Below are positions 24,170 through 38,445 of a DNA stretch of 64,000 bases, piece after piece. The stretch lies in assembly GCF_006345805.1 (NCBI RefSeq), contig NC_043014.1:29388001-29452000 (forward strand), in the 5' to 3' direction. The stretch is from Octopus sinensis (taxonomy: Eukaryota). Each line of letters opens with the position of its first letter. Within the stretch, counting starts at the first letter, position 1. The translations under genes and the position numbers were made by a program. The notes under the pieces are model-generated. The model was given only the letters and a program-made list of their open reading frames with translations, did no database searches and had not been told where the DNA came from.

Positions 24170-25931
24170 AAAAGAATTATTGCAAGTTCTCTTGAAAGCT
24201 CGTAAATACCCCCGCCGTCAACAATATACATAATGTGTATGTGTTTGCCAAGGTCTGTGTATGTCAAGGTCTGTATTGCATATCACACGCGATCGAGTCT
24301 TAATTTAGCAGCGACTCTTAACAACTTTCAATGAGATGGGTGTATGATATCAAGAAATTGAAGATAAATTTCCAGTTGAATTAACATGCTTAGGGATAAA
24401 GGACAACTTACCTTTTATTTAGGTGAGGGGTGACTTTGTATCAGTTTTTTACTTTGACTTAGACCCATCAGCATAACATTGCCTTCAATCAACAGTCATT
24501 TGACTGTGACCATGTTGGTGCACCGACTTAAAGGGTTTTAGTCGAACAAATCGACCCTAGGACTTTTTTAAAGCCTAGTACTTACTCTATCGGTTTCTTT
24601 TACCGAAGCGTAATGTTACGGGGACGTAAACTCACCAACGCCGTTTGTCAAGAGGTGATGGAATGACAGAAACAGATATAAAGACCACGCACACACACAG
24701 ACACACATATGCCCACTTGGAAATGGATGCGTGGCGTTCAATTAAATAGTAAATAGTAAATAATATAGTGTGTATATATATATATATATATATACGATTT
24801 CTCCCATAATATTTTGATCTGTTTTCTTTTCTTTTTTTTTTTCTTGCGATTTCTTCGGTAATATTTTGTGTATCGTGCAAATTTCTTCGGAAATATTTTG
24901 ACTTTTCTCTTCATGATTGCATTTAAAAGTCATTTTGCTACTGGAAATTTGTTGTAGTGGTTCTTATGCTTAATATAATATTTTTTTCTAGACATAGAAA
25001 CAGTAGATTGGCAGAATCAATAGAACAACGGAGGGTGTCTTACAATATTTAATTCTTTTAGATTATGAATCATTAAAATATTATTTTACCATCTTCTGAC
25101 TCAATTTTTTAAAAATTTTCCTTTTTTTTTTGTCAAAAGATGCAAATTTGTATATATTTTACAAATCATTATTTCCAGACGCCTTTCTAATTACGAGGGG
25201 TTTGAGTTCAAACGATTTTTTAAATAATTTTAAGTCAAATATATTTCTAACATAATTGTAGATTGTACATTCCACATTCTGTTGCCTGGCCAGCCTACTT
25301 AGTGTACATTCACCACTTGAAGAAGAAAATGCTAATCTAAGCAAATTAATGTGGTAGAGTAACGTTTTCTCCAGGTAAAGATTTTCTTCACACACCGTAA
25401 TTCATCTAGAAAATTTTTTCTTCAACGGGTCTGTTTCTGTTTCTGTTTCTGTCACTCCATCACCTCTTGACAAACGGCGTTGGTGAGTTTACGTCCCCGT
25501 CGGTAAAAGAAACCGATAGAGTAAGTACTAGGCTTTAAAAAAGTCCTAGGGTCGATTTGTTCGACTAAAACCCTTTAAGTCGGTGCACCAACATGGTCAC
25601 AGTCAAATGACTGTTGATTGAAGGCAATGTTATGCTGATGGGTCTAAGTCAAAGTAAAAAACTGATACAAAGTCACCCCTCACCAAAAGGTAAGTTGTCC
25701 TTTATCCCTAAGCATGTTAATTCAACTGGAAATTTATCTTCAATTTCTTGATATCATACACCCATCTCATTGAAAGTTGTTAAGAGTCGCTGCTAAATTA
25801 AGACTCGATCGCGTGTGATATGCAATACAGACCTTGACATACACAGACCTTGGCAAACACATACCCATTATGTATATTGTTGACGGCGGGGGTGTTTACG
25901 AGCTTTCAAGAGAACTTGCAATAATTCTTTT
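24170..25931. repeat. ~500-bp inverted duplication (24170-24676 versus 25442-25931) with a 765-bp spacer
   Basis: The arms are reverse complements with a few substitutions and two short indels. Each arm includes the same family A SINE 3' half. Confidence 0.95.
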
Positions 25932-26560
25932 CACTTATTTTAAGATAGTAGGCTAATTTCAATATACTTGACTATTATTTCTAACAGATGGAGCGTGGTT
26001 CGTGTAGTATCATTGTGTCTATTTTTCTTTTCTCTCTAAAATTGATATTTATGATACCTACTATGAACAACAGTAAAATTTTTACTTTAATTTAGCATCT
26101 AACTATATATTTCTTGTATATTTATAATAGTTACGTCATATTTCAAATTGATAAGTGCAAATAAAATGACTTTTTAAACGCTATCTCATCTGTACAAAAA
26201 TATTCCGTCGTCTTTTGAGAATTGTCATGCTTATTACTCTATGTGTCAACATTTACAAATATGTTTACAATTAAGTACAAAATGAATACTAATGTTGTTT
26301 TAAATACCCACCCTAAGGAAGCAATATCTCTAGCCGAAATAAATGGGCAAAGTAGTCGCGCTACCAGCGATATCTGGCAGATGTGCGTTAATTTTTTTTT
26401 TTTTTTGCTGTCAATGATAGCATAGTGCTGTTATAGTTAAATCAGTAACAGAAAACGTTCAAATTATGCAAGTAAGAAGGATAAATATATTAAATTTTAG
26501 GTGTAAATCAAAGAAACTGCCGGGAAAGTTAAAATAGCATACGTCAATTTATTACATATA

Positions 26561-26868
26561 GTGGATGCACATGGCCTAGTGGTTAGAGCAGCGGACTCGC
26601 GGTCGAGGGATCGCGGGTTCGAATCTCAGACCGGGCGATGTGTGTGTTTATAAGCGAAATACCTAAGCCCCACGCGGCTCCGGCAGAAGGTAATGGTGAA
26701 CTTCTGCTGACTCTTTCGCCACAACTTTCTCTCACTCTTTCCTCTTGCAGCTCACCTGCGATGGACCGGTGTCCCGTCCAGGTGGGGAACCTATACGCCA
26801 AGGAGACCGGGAAACTGGCCCTTATGAGCCAGGCGTGGCTCGAGAAGGAACGAACAACCAACAAACAA
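26561..26868 (+). mobile_element. tRNA-derived SINE, family C head with an alternative (V-SINE-like) tail
   Basis: A-box TGGCCTAGTGG, B-box GGTTCGAATC, tail CCTGCGATGGACCGGTGTCCCGTCCAGG...(AAC)n. Homologous to 52910-53206. Confidence 0.88.
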
Positions 26869-27861
26869 TTTATTACATATAGAATAAATATAAATGTTTT
26901 TACACACATAGATAAAATATTATACATATATACAACTCGCGCATATACACACATATATATACATATACATGTACTCGTGCATGCATTCGTGTGTGTATAT
27001 ATACATATATAACATACATATATGTATGTACATAATTCGCACACATACACATACACACACGTACACGAATACACACACGCATGCGTATGTGAGAAACTAA
27101 GTTTTTCCACACTTATGCGACTATAATGAAGTGAGTCGAAAATGCTTCTGGACTTATTAAGAACATTTATTTTTATTTACTTTACCGGCGTAAAGATTTC
27201 TTTATTTAGAAAAGTGATGTAAAACAGCATTTGTCTCCACTCTGATCAGAGGTTGAAAATGTTGCCCAATTCATGGAGCCTCAAATTGCAATAAGACACA
27301 TTCGACTGGTTGAAGATGGTCACCAGGTCTGGCATAGAAATTGCTTAGTTCTCAGTGACGTCTGTATATCGGGGGTCATGCGACTCTATGAACGATAACT
27401 GCGACAAAATTTGAAGCTGTGTTATTGCAGCGAATGTGTCATGAGGCAATATGAATAGCAACTATGTATTGTGGTCGCATATTAGGCCACTTGATTGTGG
27501 ACAGTAATTGCGCCAAATGTCAAGATTGTTTCAACATGAACAACAGGTTGTCAAAAGAGAAAAGAGTAGAAAATAGGTTCCTAGCTTGGATACGTGTGTC
27601 GATATGTTACATATCTGTATGCATGCGTGTATATAGTTATCTATGCGATTGTGTGTGAATTACAATAGTGTAATGTTTTGATGAAGTTGATAGTGATTAT
27701 ATCTGTTTTATAGCTTATTTATTTGTGGCGCATAAACATAGTTCATTTATACGTATTTGATCTGTGGTTTTGTCAGAGCAAACATAAAGTGGGAAATTTA
27801 GGAATTTTGGTGATTTGTTTGTTGCACATACGTCTAAATGTTCACTTACCGGAATCTACCT

Positions 27862-28320
27862 AGTAAGATGGCTGCTGGAAGACCCCTATGTCTAGCAACA
27901 AGACACTGCACCATGCCACACAAGCAGGAGAACCCAGTAATGGCTGTGATACAATTTCTGCGACCAGATCACCCCTGACATCTGGCCACCTAACTCCCCA
28001 GACTGAAACCTCCTTCATTATTATGTAGGTGTACAGTTGAGCACGAGACCAACAAAACTCCTTGTCACTCTGATGAACTGAAGGCAAGGATTATGGCAGC
28101 ATTGACCAACTTAAACAAGGACACCGTCCAGAAGAGTTGCAGGAGATTCCGAAGTCGTCTGGAGGCCGTGTTTGAAGCCAATGGCCATTTTATTGAATGA
28201 ATTTACTCTTTATTTCAAGATATTTTTATGTAGTTTTGGAAACTATCTCTGTTAAAATGAGATGTAAGTGTTATTTTCCTTTAGGCGTAATTTAGACTAG
28301 AGTTTATTCACCGCACCCTA
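27862..28320 (+). mobile_element. 3' part of a maT-like (DD37D) Tc1/mariner transposon, decayed
   Basis: QQDTAPCHTSRRTQ*WL*YNFCDQITPDIWPPNSPD*NLLHYY has 37 residues between the second Asp and the third catalytic position (now His). It ends with TIR-like TTATTCACCGCACCCT. Confidence 0.8.
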
Positions 28321-28324
28321 TGTT

Positions 28325-28363
<39 letters not shown>

Positions 28364-28510
28364 TAAGGGCATTTATGTATAGTAATGCCCTTCATATAAA
28401 TGAATATATTTAAAGGGAATAATTAATAAGTTTTCCCTTATGAAGTTTTTCACGCTAACTACTTGATAAATTCTTATAAAGATTTTATCCTATTTTAAAA
28501 TTATATATAT

Positions 28511-31500
28511 ACATGCACAAAAGGCAATGGATGCACCTTCTTCCATCCTAAACTGTGCCAAACTTCTGTGTCACTAAGGATGTGCCTGAACCCAGAATGC
28601 AAGCACCACCATCTGAAGGGCACAAAACGATCGCAAAATAAATATAAACAGCAACAGAGGAGATCTACGACAACAACAAAAACAAAATACAACCACGTTT
28701 CACCTCCTACAATCAAACAACTAAGACAGAACCATGAACACACCATAACACCAAATAACATAAACATGAACTATGTATCCTCTGACCAAGTGGCAAACTA
28801 AAGAAGCAACTCTTTTTTACTGACTTACCTAGAAAATATGAAGGCCGACCTAAGCCAGGAGATCCAACGAGCTATCAGCAACCATTTATGCAAATCACAA
28901 GGACCACACACCCACTACCAACAAGAAAATCATACACACACAGCTCCATACAAAAACTACCCACATTGTTACCACTGAACAACATAAAACATAACTTAGA
29001 ACAATGCAAACATCAAATTAACCTTACCTCGACATTCCTGTTAAATGTACGTGGCATCAACCCATCAATCATTGCCCAAAAATGGAAGATCCGATATATA
29101 GAGAGTTGGCTTGCCGAAACAGCACATTGCTTCCCTTTCTTTATCCTTACTGAAACTCACCTAAACAACACCCATATGGATGCCGAGGTGAAAATAAAAG
29201 ATTTCACCATCGTTCGTGCAGATCGCACAGACCGAAATAAAGGAGGGACAGCCATCTTTATCCATGACTCCTTTTAACTTGATACCAAGGATATATTTTC
29301 CAATGGCTACTATGAATCTGTATCACTGTTCAACAAGGCCAAAGACATAATCATTGTTGGTCTTTACAGGCGTCCCCAAGCACCTCTAAAGTGCTTTGAA
29401 GAGTGCCTTAACAAAATCAAGTCCTTCCTTCAAAAATACAACTCCGGAAACATACTAGTGATGGGTGATTCTAACCTCCCTCATATAAACTGGCCCACAA
29501 ATACTCTGAAGTTAAGCAAATGCTCTACATCAGATAAAGCAGCGGCAGAATTACTCTTTAATCTAATGGATAAATTCTTCCTGACTCAGCTAGTGATTGA
29601 ACCAACAAGACAGAATAAAACGATCTTGGATCTAATATTAACTAACCACTCTAGCTTCGTTCACAGTATTTCAGTTGAAAACTCTTCTCTCAGACCACGA
29701 CATGGTACTCTGCAATTTTAATTCCCGACATATAAAAACCAACCCAGCCAATCCCACTCCATGGCACTCATTTGACAACATAAACTTCCACAAAGCGGAC
29801 TGGGGAGCAATCAGAAAGGATCTGTCTTTCATCGACTGGTCTTTTACTCTCAATTCCACCCAAATTGAGACCGCATGGCAGCACTTTGAGAATATTGTCA
29901 CCTATACATGCTCTAAACACGCTCCTACGAAATCTACTAACACAAACAGAAACCGGCACCCTAAAAAGAAAAAGACACTCATCAGGCGTATCAAAAGACT
30001 CAATAAAAAAAAATCAACCAATTAAAATATTCCCACATACAACATCCACATTCAACAGCAATGAAAAGGTTAGAGTTGGAAAAACTTCATCTGCAGACTG
30101 ACATGAAAACCCTCCATTGAAAATCAAAAAGCTGTGGATGAACAGTGGGTAATCAAAAACATCAAACAGAACCCAAAAGTGTTCTATTCTTATGCAAATA
30201 AGCATAGAACCTCTGTCTTACCCATTGGGCCATTGATTGATGATAAAGAAATGGCAGAAATACTGCAGAAACAATACTGCTCTGTATTTAGTGTTTCCAC
30301 TGATATAGACGTAAGAGAAGCGAACGAAGTTGATTCCCAACATAAAGTCTCAGACATAACCTTCATTGCCTCTGACATCATAGCAGCAATAAATGAGGTC
30401 AAATACTATTCTGCTGTAGGCCCTGATAGATTCCCCGCTAGTCTCCTGAAGGAATGTAGACACCAACTTGCAGTCCCTCTGACCAACCTCTGGAGAAATT
30501 CGTTAGACTCAGGTTATATACCGAAACAGCTTCTATCCCAGTCTGTCATCCCGGTTTTCAAACAGGAAACAGATCCCTCGCAGTCAACTATCGCCCAATC
30601 TCACTCACCTCCCACATAATAAAAGTGTTTGAAAGAGTATTAAGATCAAGGATAGCTGACTTCCTGGAGACCCACAAACTCCTAAATGCAAATCAGCATG
30701 GCTTTCGCTGTGACAGAGACTGTCTAACACAGCTCTTACACCACATTGAAGATATACTCAAAGCCTTGGGAACAGGTTCGAACTCTGATGTCATATATCT
30801 TGACTTCAGTAAAGCGTTCGACAGGGTTGACCATAATATCCTACTCTCAAAATTGGAATCCGTGGAAAACTTCTACACTGGATTAAGTATTTCTTGGCGA
30901 ATAGAACACAACATGTTGTAGTTGATGGAGTCCACTCAAGCCCAGCAAAAGTCACCAGCGGTGTTCCCCAGGGGACTGTCTTGAGCCCGCTACTCTTTAT
31001 AATTTACATAAACGACATTTCCAGTGTTGTACATTACTGCAAAGTGAAAATATTTGCTGATGACACTAATCTCCAGCAAATCATCAATGAAGAAGCAGAC
31101 CGAACTCAACTCCAGTCTGATCTATATGCTGTGAGTCAATGGGCAGACAGAAACAAAATGCAACTGAACGAGGGAAAATTTGAGCTGATGCATTTTGGAA
31201 GAAATTCCTCACTAAAACAGCCATACTCTCTTCCTTAAGGGAACCGCTCACAGCCTCTAACAATATCAGAGACCTGGGTGTAATTGTTGATGACGATCTC
31301 AGTTGGAGTGCACACATCAACAAGAAGGTCGATATAGCTCGTAGGATGAGTTCCTGGATCTTAAGAACTTTCCGGTCCAGAGAACAAGGTGTCATCATAC
31401 CACTTTTCTCTTCCTTTGTACGGCCAAACCTCGAATACTGCTGCCCACTGTGGTCTCCCCATACAAGAAAAAACATCTCGAGGATTGAATCACCCCAGAG

Positions 31501-32036
31501 GGCACTCACTAAACGAAATGAAGGCATGGCTGCTCTCGATTATTGGGACCGCCTTAAAGCCTTGAAACTCTACTCTCTCCAGCGTCGCCGTGAGCGGTAC
31601 ATCATTTGTACGATGGGGAGAATATACCGCCAACTTTGCCCAAACGACCTGAACATTAGCTTCAAGGTTCATCCAAGACTGGGACCACGGGCCATACCTC
31701 CCCTGCCCAATTCAAGATCACAGCTTACATGTACACTGCAACATAATTTTTTTTCCTCAACAGGCCCTGCCCTATTTAACATTGTCCCGAAAGAGATCAA
31801 AGAGGAAAAGGATCCCATCAACTTTAAACGGAATCTGGATAGATTCCTTCAAGGAATACCAGATAAGCCACCCATTATTGGATGCAACTCACCCAACAAA
31901 AACTCACTACTTGAATGGACCATAAACAAAACTTGACTTAAACAGGATTTAGATAATCCTATCAGGTGGTGCTATTAAGTTAGACATGGCCTGGACCAAT
32001 CTTTGGTCGAAACATATCTAAGTTTATCTAAGTTTA
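28511..32036 (+). mobile_element. CR1-group LINE, 5'-truncated in ORF1, with a disrupted ORF2
   Basis: ORF1 remnant GNGCTFFHPKLC...C...C..HHL, APE endonuclease, RT and C-terminal domain, a short 3' UTR with a GACCA/TGGTC hairpin, and a tandem (TCTAAGTTTA)2 tail. Confidence 0.9.
28888..31936 (+). pseudogene. LINE ORF2 (APE endonuclease plus reverse transcriptase) with several stops and frameshifts
   Basis: LLNVRG, LTETHL, RADR...GGTAI, GDSNLPHINW, PTRQNKTILDLILTN, QHGFR, YLDFSKAFDRVDH, SGVPQGTVLSPLLFIIYINDI, FADDT and LKLYSLQRRRERY. Confidence 0.92.
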
Positions 32037-32061
32037 TATATATATGTATAGGGAGACGTCA

Positions 32062-32235
32062 CAAAAAAAAAATCACAAGACGAAGACAGTGGGTGTAGAC
32101 AACAAACAGATGTACTAGTTTAATGCTCGGGAAGTGAAAATGTTTTCAACTTTTCGAGCATACGCTCTTCCACAGAAAGAAACAAGGAAAGAAAATAAAG
32201 AGAGAAAATAAAGAAAGAAACAAAGAGAGAAAATA
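32062..32235 (-). mobile_element. Hammerhead-bearing PLE-type unit (subfamily U6), minus strand
   Basis: The reverse complement reads TCTTT-CTGTGGA-A-GAGC-GTAT-GCTC-GAAA-AGTT-GAAAAC (motif at ~32143-32180), followed by the shared tail. Confidence 0.7.
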
Positions 32236-32792
32236 AGGAATGTGTAGTGGCACACATGCCAATATATAGTAAATACATACATACGTATATAGACAGATAG
32301 ACTGATGGATAGATAGCTAGTCAGACAAACAGACAAACCGGAAGGAAGGCATCCAAGCAGGCAGACCGACATACAGACCGACAGACAGATAGTAGATAGC
32401 AATGATCTTTAGCAATATGTATTATGTCTATTCTCCAAATATATTTTCCAATAATGCTACGCGTATACAAAAGTTTTTCTATTCTGTACAGGCCTCAGTG
32501 ATGAATGTGTGTGTTTGTATGTATGTTTGTGTGTGTGTGTAGGTGCATGTGTGTGTGTGTGCGCGCGCGTGTATAATGTTATGTGAGTTTGTGTTGAGTT
32601 TGAGTGTGTAAACGCAAGAATAGCATGAAACATTATCTTTAGTTTGGAAACATCTTCACCTTTACATCTCCACCATTTTAATAATTCATTTGTTTTCATA
32701 CAAATATGCATAATCACAACAACAAGCTAACATTCAGGCATACATACCCATATATGCATGCATATTCAAAACATATGCAACCATATATGTAT

Positions 32793-32838
<46 letters not shown>

Positions 32839-33622
32839 AAGTGTTAATATGCTACGTACATATTATACATACACGTGTATGTAAATACACATATATGTGT
32901 TGATGTTTGCTTTCATGTATCTTAATTTTCTCAATTCAAATGTTCATAGATATGAAAATATGAATTTTTTAAAATTCCGTAATCTAATTTCCTTTTGCAT
33001 ATTCTGTACACTCACACACTCCAACAGCACTTCAAAAGACAGACAGACACTTATAGACGTTTCCTGGCACATATAAAATATATCTAAAACAGACGCATAA
33101 AACACACTTGCAGACACGCATGCGTACACACAGAAATACACGCACAGACATAGATAAACATTAGTAGATATATCCATGCGATATATCGTATGTATCCATA
33201 TACCCATTCATATATAAATACTTTAGTAAGTACATAAAAGCGCATTCACGCATTTCCTGTTGTTATACAAAACTACAAGATGTATACATATATATGCATA
33301 TACACACATACTACAGCGTACATGCATGCATAATATTTATTATATACAGTGCATACACACGTAAAACATAAATGCATATTTTTCGCTTTGCTCAGCAAAA
33401 TTCTTTACATCAGAGCATTATTTTAATATACTCATATAAACAAAAAGAAACTCACAGACGCGTGTACACACGTATGTACGTACGTATGTATGCATATCTG
33501 TCTATCTATCTGTCTATTTATTTACCTATCTATTTATCTATTTATCTATTTATCTATTTGTCTGTCTCTACATATGTGTATGTATGTATGTACATATATA
33601 TATATATATGTATGTATGTATG

Positions 33623-33692
<70 letters not shown>

Positions 33693-34452
33693 TAAATATA
33701 TATAATAAGTATGTATGTATCTATGTATGTATATATGTATGTGTGTATGTATGTATGTATCTATCTATCTATGTATGTTTGTGCATATATATGTGTGTAT
33801 GTATGTATGTATACCTCAGAGAACACAAGAGAGAAGGTATTAGGGGAGATAATGAAGAAGAGAGCGAGAGAGGACGAAAGAACGAAACATTCGAGTGATG
33901 GGAGATTGTACGGAAAAAGTCTCGAGTGTTATATAAGACATTTAAAATTCTTGCCCTGTGCACATATCTACGCATGCGTAAACGTTTCTTAGAAACGATG
34001 AAGTAGGGTGGAAAAAAATGGCATTTCTTCTTTCATATTGTATCCCTCAATCTAAGCATGTAGGCTTCTTTATTTGTTGTGCACAATTCTTAGACCATGA
34101 AGGAATAGTTCTGCTAAAATTTCCAACCGTTTCATGTTATAATTTAAAGGATTTAAAATAGCAACAACTACAACAATGTATGATGAAAAAACTTGTTTTA
34201 TGAAACGCCCTGCTACTTCGCAAGAAATGTTCGAAAATATATTTCACGTAAAAGTTTTAATGTTTGAAATACATACACATAAGTATAGACACACGCATAT
34301 CATGCATATATGTAACTGCATATATATGTATTTCCGTGTGTTTGTGTGTGTATGTGTGTATATGTGTATATGTGTGTTTGTGTGTGTGCCTGTGTGTCTG
34401 TGCAAGTATATATGTCTATATAATGTGCATATACATATATATACATATATAT

Positions 34453-34516
<64 letters not shown>

Positions 34517-34839
34517 CATACATATAAACCAAACGATCTGTGATATATTATATATATTGTCATCATCATCATCACCCTGAAGGCGATGAGCTGACGGAAT
34601 TGTTATAACGCCGGACAAAACACTTCGCGACTTTTCTTCCGGTTTTAGGTTTCAAGTCAAATACCGTCGAGGTTGACTTCACCTTTCATCCTTTCGGGTT
34701 CAAGTACTGGAGTCGATGTAAACGACTACTACCTCCCACCAAATTTCAGGCCTTCTGTCTATATTAGAAAAGTTCACTACTCACCCAAAGGATTTTCTCT
34801 CGCGACATTAGTTTTGGCGGGGGAAAATAAGTATCTTTA

Positions 34840-35243
34840 ACTCTTTTATTCTTGTACTCCTTTACTTGTTTCAACCATTTGACTGCGGCCATGCTGGAGC
34901 ACCGCCTTTAGTCGAGCAAATCGACCCCAGGACTTATTCTATGTAAGCGTAGTACTTATTCTATCGGTCTCTTTTGCCGAACCGCTAAGTTATTGGGACG
35001 TAAACACACCAACATTGGTTGTCAAGCGATGCTGAGAGGACAAACACACACACACATACGTACATACATATACATATATACGACGAGCTTCTTTCCGTTT
35101 CCGTCTACCAAATCCACTCACAAGGCTTTGGTCGGCCCGAGGCTATAGTAGAAGACACTTACCGAAGGTGTCACGCAGTGGGACTGAACCCGGAATCAGG
35201 TGGTTGGTAAGCAAGCTACTTACCACACAGCCCCTCCTGCGCC
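34840..35243 (-). mobile_element. SINE family A
   Basis: Full reverse-complement copy. Confidence 0.9.
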
Positions 35244-35643
35244 TTCAAGGCACTTTGTAAGCTTGAAAGCTTTATTAATGGAGAGAAGTTATAACTAGAT
35301 GAAATCTCCAAGCGGTTCGAATGCTCAAGTCTCCGGCTAAAAAGTGTCAGAAGAACGGAATTCAGGAGCTATGATTTACATGCGGTCCGACCCCTTGGAA
35401 TGTAAGTAGAGCGCCAAAACACTTTTCTGAGGGTTGTTTCGTCTCTGAAGGCCTTCTGTTGTTCAGCTCCCTTGAGAATTTTTTACCACTACTATAACTC
35501 CCTACCGACCAGAGCCATGTGAGTGGATTTGGTATACGGAAATCGAAAGAAGTACGTCGTATATTTTTACATACACACACACATACACCCACCCTCTCTC
35601 TCACACACACATATACACGCACATATGCACACATACACAAAGA

Positions 35644-35644
35644 C

Positions 35645-35719
<75 letters not shown>
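35644..35719. repeat. (GATA)n microsatellite
   Basis: Directly visible. Confidence 0.97.
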
Positions 35720-35720
<1 letters not shown>

Positions 35721-36079
35721 GTGCTTTATATATCGGAGATCAATATAGATGATTGGTGGAAAAATACTTTTCATTAAATACAATACAGAATGGTTTCAAA
35801 TTTTGGCGCAAAGCCAGCAGTTTCGGAGGAGGGAATAAGTTGAATACATCAGTCCCAGTACATATTTTACTGGTACAAACTGGTACATATTTTATCGACC
35901 CCGAAAGGATGAACAACAAAATCAGCCTAGGCAGAATTTGAACTCAGAACGTAGAAACGGACGAAATGCCGCAAAGCATTTTACCAGCTTGTTGCCTTAC
36001 AGAGTACAATATTAATCACCAAATTTTCACTGGATTGTTTCATCCCACATTTTACATAGAATAATAATAATAATAATGA

Positions 36080-36166
<87 letters not shown>

Positions 36167-36347
36167 TTGTTGTTGTACAAATTAAATGTTTTAGTTGCAC
36201 TAGGATAACATGGAAGCTTGTGGATTTAGAATATATTTTTGTTACGATCCAAATGATAAAGAACACAGATTTAGTTGGGTATATAAAAACCTTGTTTAAC
36301 CTTTGAATCCAGGCCTTACATACCTGTCATTATTTGTAATACATTAA

Positions 36348-36553
36348 GGCGGCGAGCTGGCAGAATCGTTAGCACGCTGGACGAAATGCTTAGCGGTATT
36401 TCGCCCGTCGGTACGTTCTGAGTTCAAATTCCGCCGAGGTCGACTTTGACTTTCGCCCTTTCGGGGTCGATAAATTGAGTACTGGGGTCAATGTAATCGA
36501 CTGTACCCCTCCTCTAAATTCCAGGCCTTGTGCCTATAATAGAAAGGATTATT
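36348..36553 (+). mobile_element. SINE family B, short-tail subtype, with a 17-bp target-site duplication
   Basis: ATTATTTGTAATACATT at 36329-36345 and 36548-36564 flanks the copy. Confidence 0.92.
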
Positions 36554-36757
36554 TGTAATACATTTTGTATTACAAATCGCCAAAACAGTGAAGAAAGAAA
36601 GGTAACTGCAGTAAATATTTTACACCTTGGGTTCTATTGGTTTGTTCGATTAGTTTCGATCTCTAAGCGTTAAGCGAATGCCCAATCCTCCTGTTATGCC
36701 ACAGTTCCTCTTATAAAAGGACTTTATTAGAGATTTTGCAAACTGAAGTTATACATA

Positions 36758-37548
36758 GGCGTAGGAGTGGCTGTGTGGTAAGTAGCTTGCTAACCAACCA
36801 CATGGTCCCGGGTTCAGTCCCACTGCGTGGCATCTTGGGCAAGTGTCTTCTGCTATAGCCCCGGGCCGACCAATGCCTTGTGAGTGGATTTGGTAGACGG
36901 AAACTGAAAGAAGCCTGTCGTATATATGTATATATATATATATGTATGTGTGTGTTTGTGTGTCTGCTGTGTTTGTCCCCCTAGCATCGCTTGACAACCG
37001 ATGCTGGTGTGTTTACGTCCCCGTCACTTAGCGGTTCGGCAAAAGAGACCGATAAAATAAGTACTGGGTTTACAAAGAATAAGTCCCGGGGTCGATTTGC
37101 TCGACTAAAGGCGGTGCTCCAGCATGGCCGCAGTTAAAATGACTGAAACAAGTAAAAGAGTAAAAGAGTAAGAGTATAGGCACAGATGTGACTCTGTGGT
37201 AAAAAGCTTGCTTCCTACCAGATGGTTCCGGGTTCAGTCTTACGGTACGGCAAATGTCTTCTACCATAGCCTCGGGCCGACCCAATGCCTTGTGAGTGGA
37301 TTTGGTAAACGGAAACTAGAAAAATCCTGTCGGATGTGGGGGGAGGTGGAGGTGTGTTCTCTACCGCCACTTGACAACCAGTGCTGGCTTGTTTACATCC
37401 CCCTAACTTAGAGTTTCGGCAAAAGTGACGATAAAATAAATACCAGGTTTTATAAAAAGCTCTGGGTTTGGTTTATTCAACTAAAAATTCTTCGAGACGG
37501 TACCCCAGTATGGCCTGGCCGCAGTCTAACAAGTAAAAGATTAAAGAT
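36758..37548 (+). mobile_element. Two head-to-tail family A SINEs (36758-37172 young, 37178-37548 older)
   Basis: Two successive heads, central domains and tails. Confidence 0.88.
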
Positions 37549-37906
37549 ATTCAACATTGTTTCAGAGAATACCTATTTCAGATTTTGCTTATACAGTTGG
37601 GGAAAACGTGTCGAGCAGTTTCTTCCGGCGCGGAGATCGCGTTGAGTACTGTTAAAGAGGGTATGTTTGAGCTCTCTAAATAGCTCTGCATTTAGTTGTT
37701 TTTTTAACTATGAAACGGTTGGTTGATTTAATACGAGTCTTTAGTTACTCAGCTGGGTTCTACATTCATGTGTGTGTATGTGTTCATATATTATGTATAT
37801 ATATATATATACCATTATTATTATGATGATGATTATTATTATCATTTATATATATATGTATATATATATGTATGCATGTATGTATATGCATATGTATATA
37901 TATATA

Positions 37907-37953
<47 letters not shown>

Positions 37954-38289
37954 GTCTAAAGTAGGTGGCCATATAGATAGATAGATAGTAAAACGAATGG
38001 TTTACATCTTCCGTCTTTCATTTACCATGTGTGTGTGTGTGTGCGTGTCTGTCTGTCTGTCTCCCGTCCGGCTGTACATTTAGTATACATATACGTTTTT
38101 TATATTATAAAGAGAAGAATGCATTGTAAATAAATAGCCACAGATAAAAAACGTATACGTATACCGAGTATAGAACCGGACAGGAGACAGACACAAAAGA
38201 TCCCTAATTCTTCGTCAGTTATCAACCAATGGTAATACTCAGTTTAGTATCTACACATTATTTACTCTCTCTACTTTTTTGTTCTCTCA

Positions 38290-38445
38290 CAATTTTTTCT
38301 CCTCTCATACCTTGCTGTCGGAGAGCGTAGGGTCGAAACATCAAAGACTTTTCCATTCTTCCTGAGCGTCAAGCACTAATACACTTGCTTGTTCTTCCCT
38401 CACCTGTCTTCGTCTTTTATTTTCTGTAAATTTGAACAATATATA
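38290..38445 (+). mobile_element. Decayed hammerhead-bearing PLE-type unit (subfamily U6)
   Basis: CTGTCGG-A-GAGC-GTAG-GGTC-GAAA-CATC-AAAGAC plus the shared tail ending in (TA)n. Confidence 0.65.

Noticed and set aside
26561-26640. tRNA gene (also the other SINE heads)
   Set aside because: A and B boxes are present, but there is no closed acceptor stem and the sequence continues into SINE bodies.
27120-27430. Mariner (DD34D) remnant
   Set aside because: Only a TIR-like GAGTCGAAAATGCTTCTGGACT and a PDL tripeptide are present, which is too little to call.
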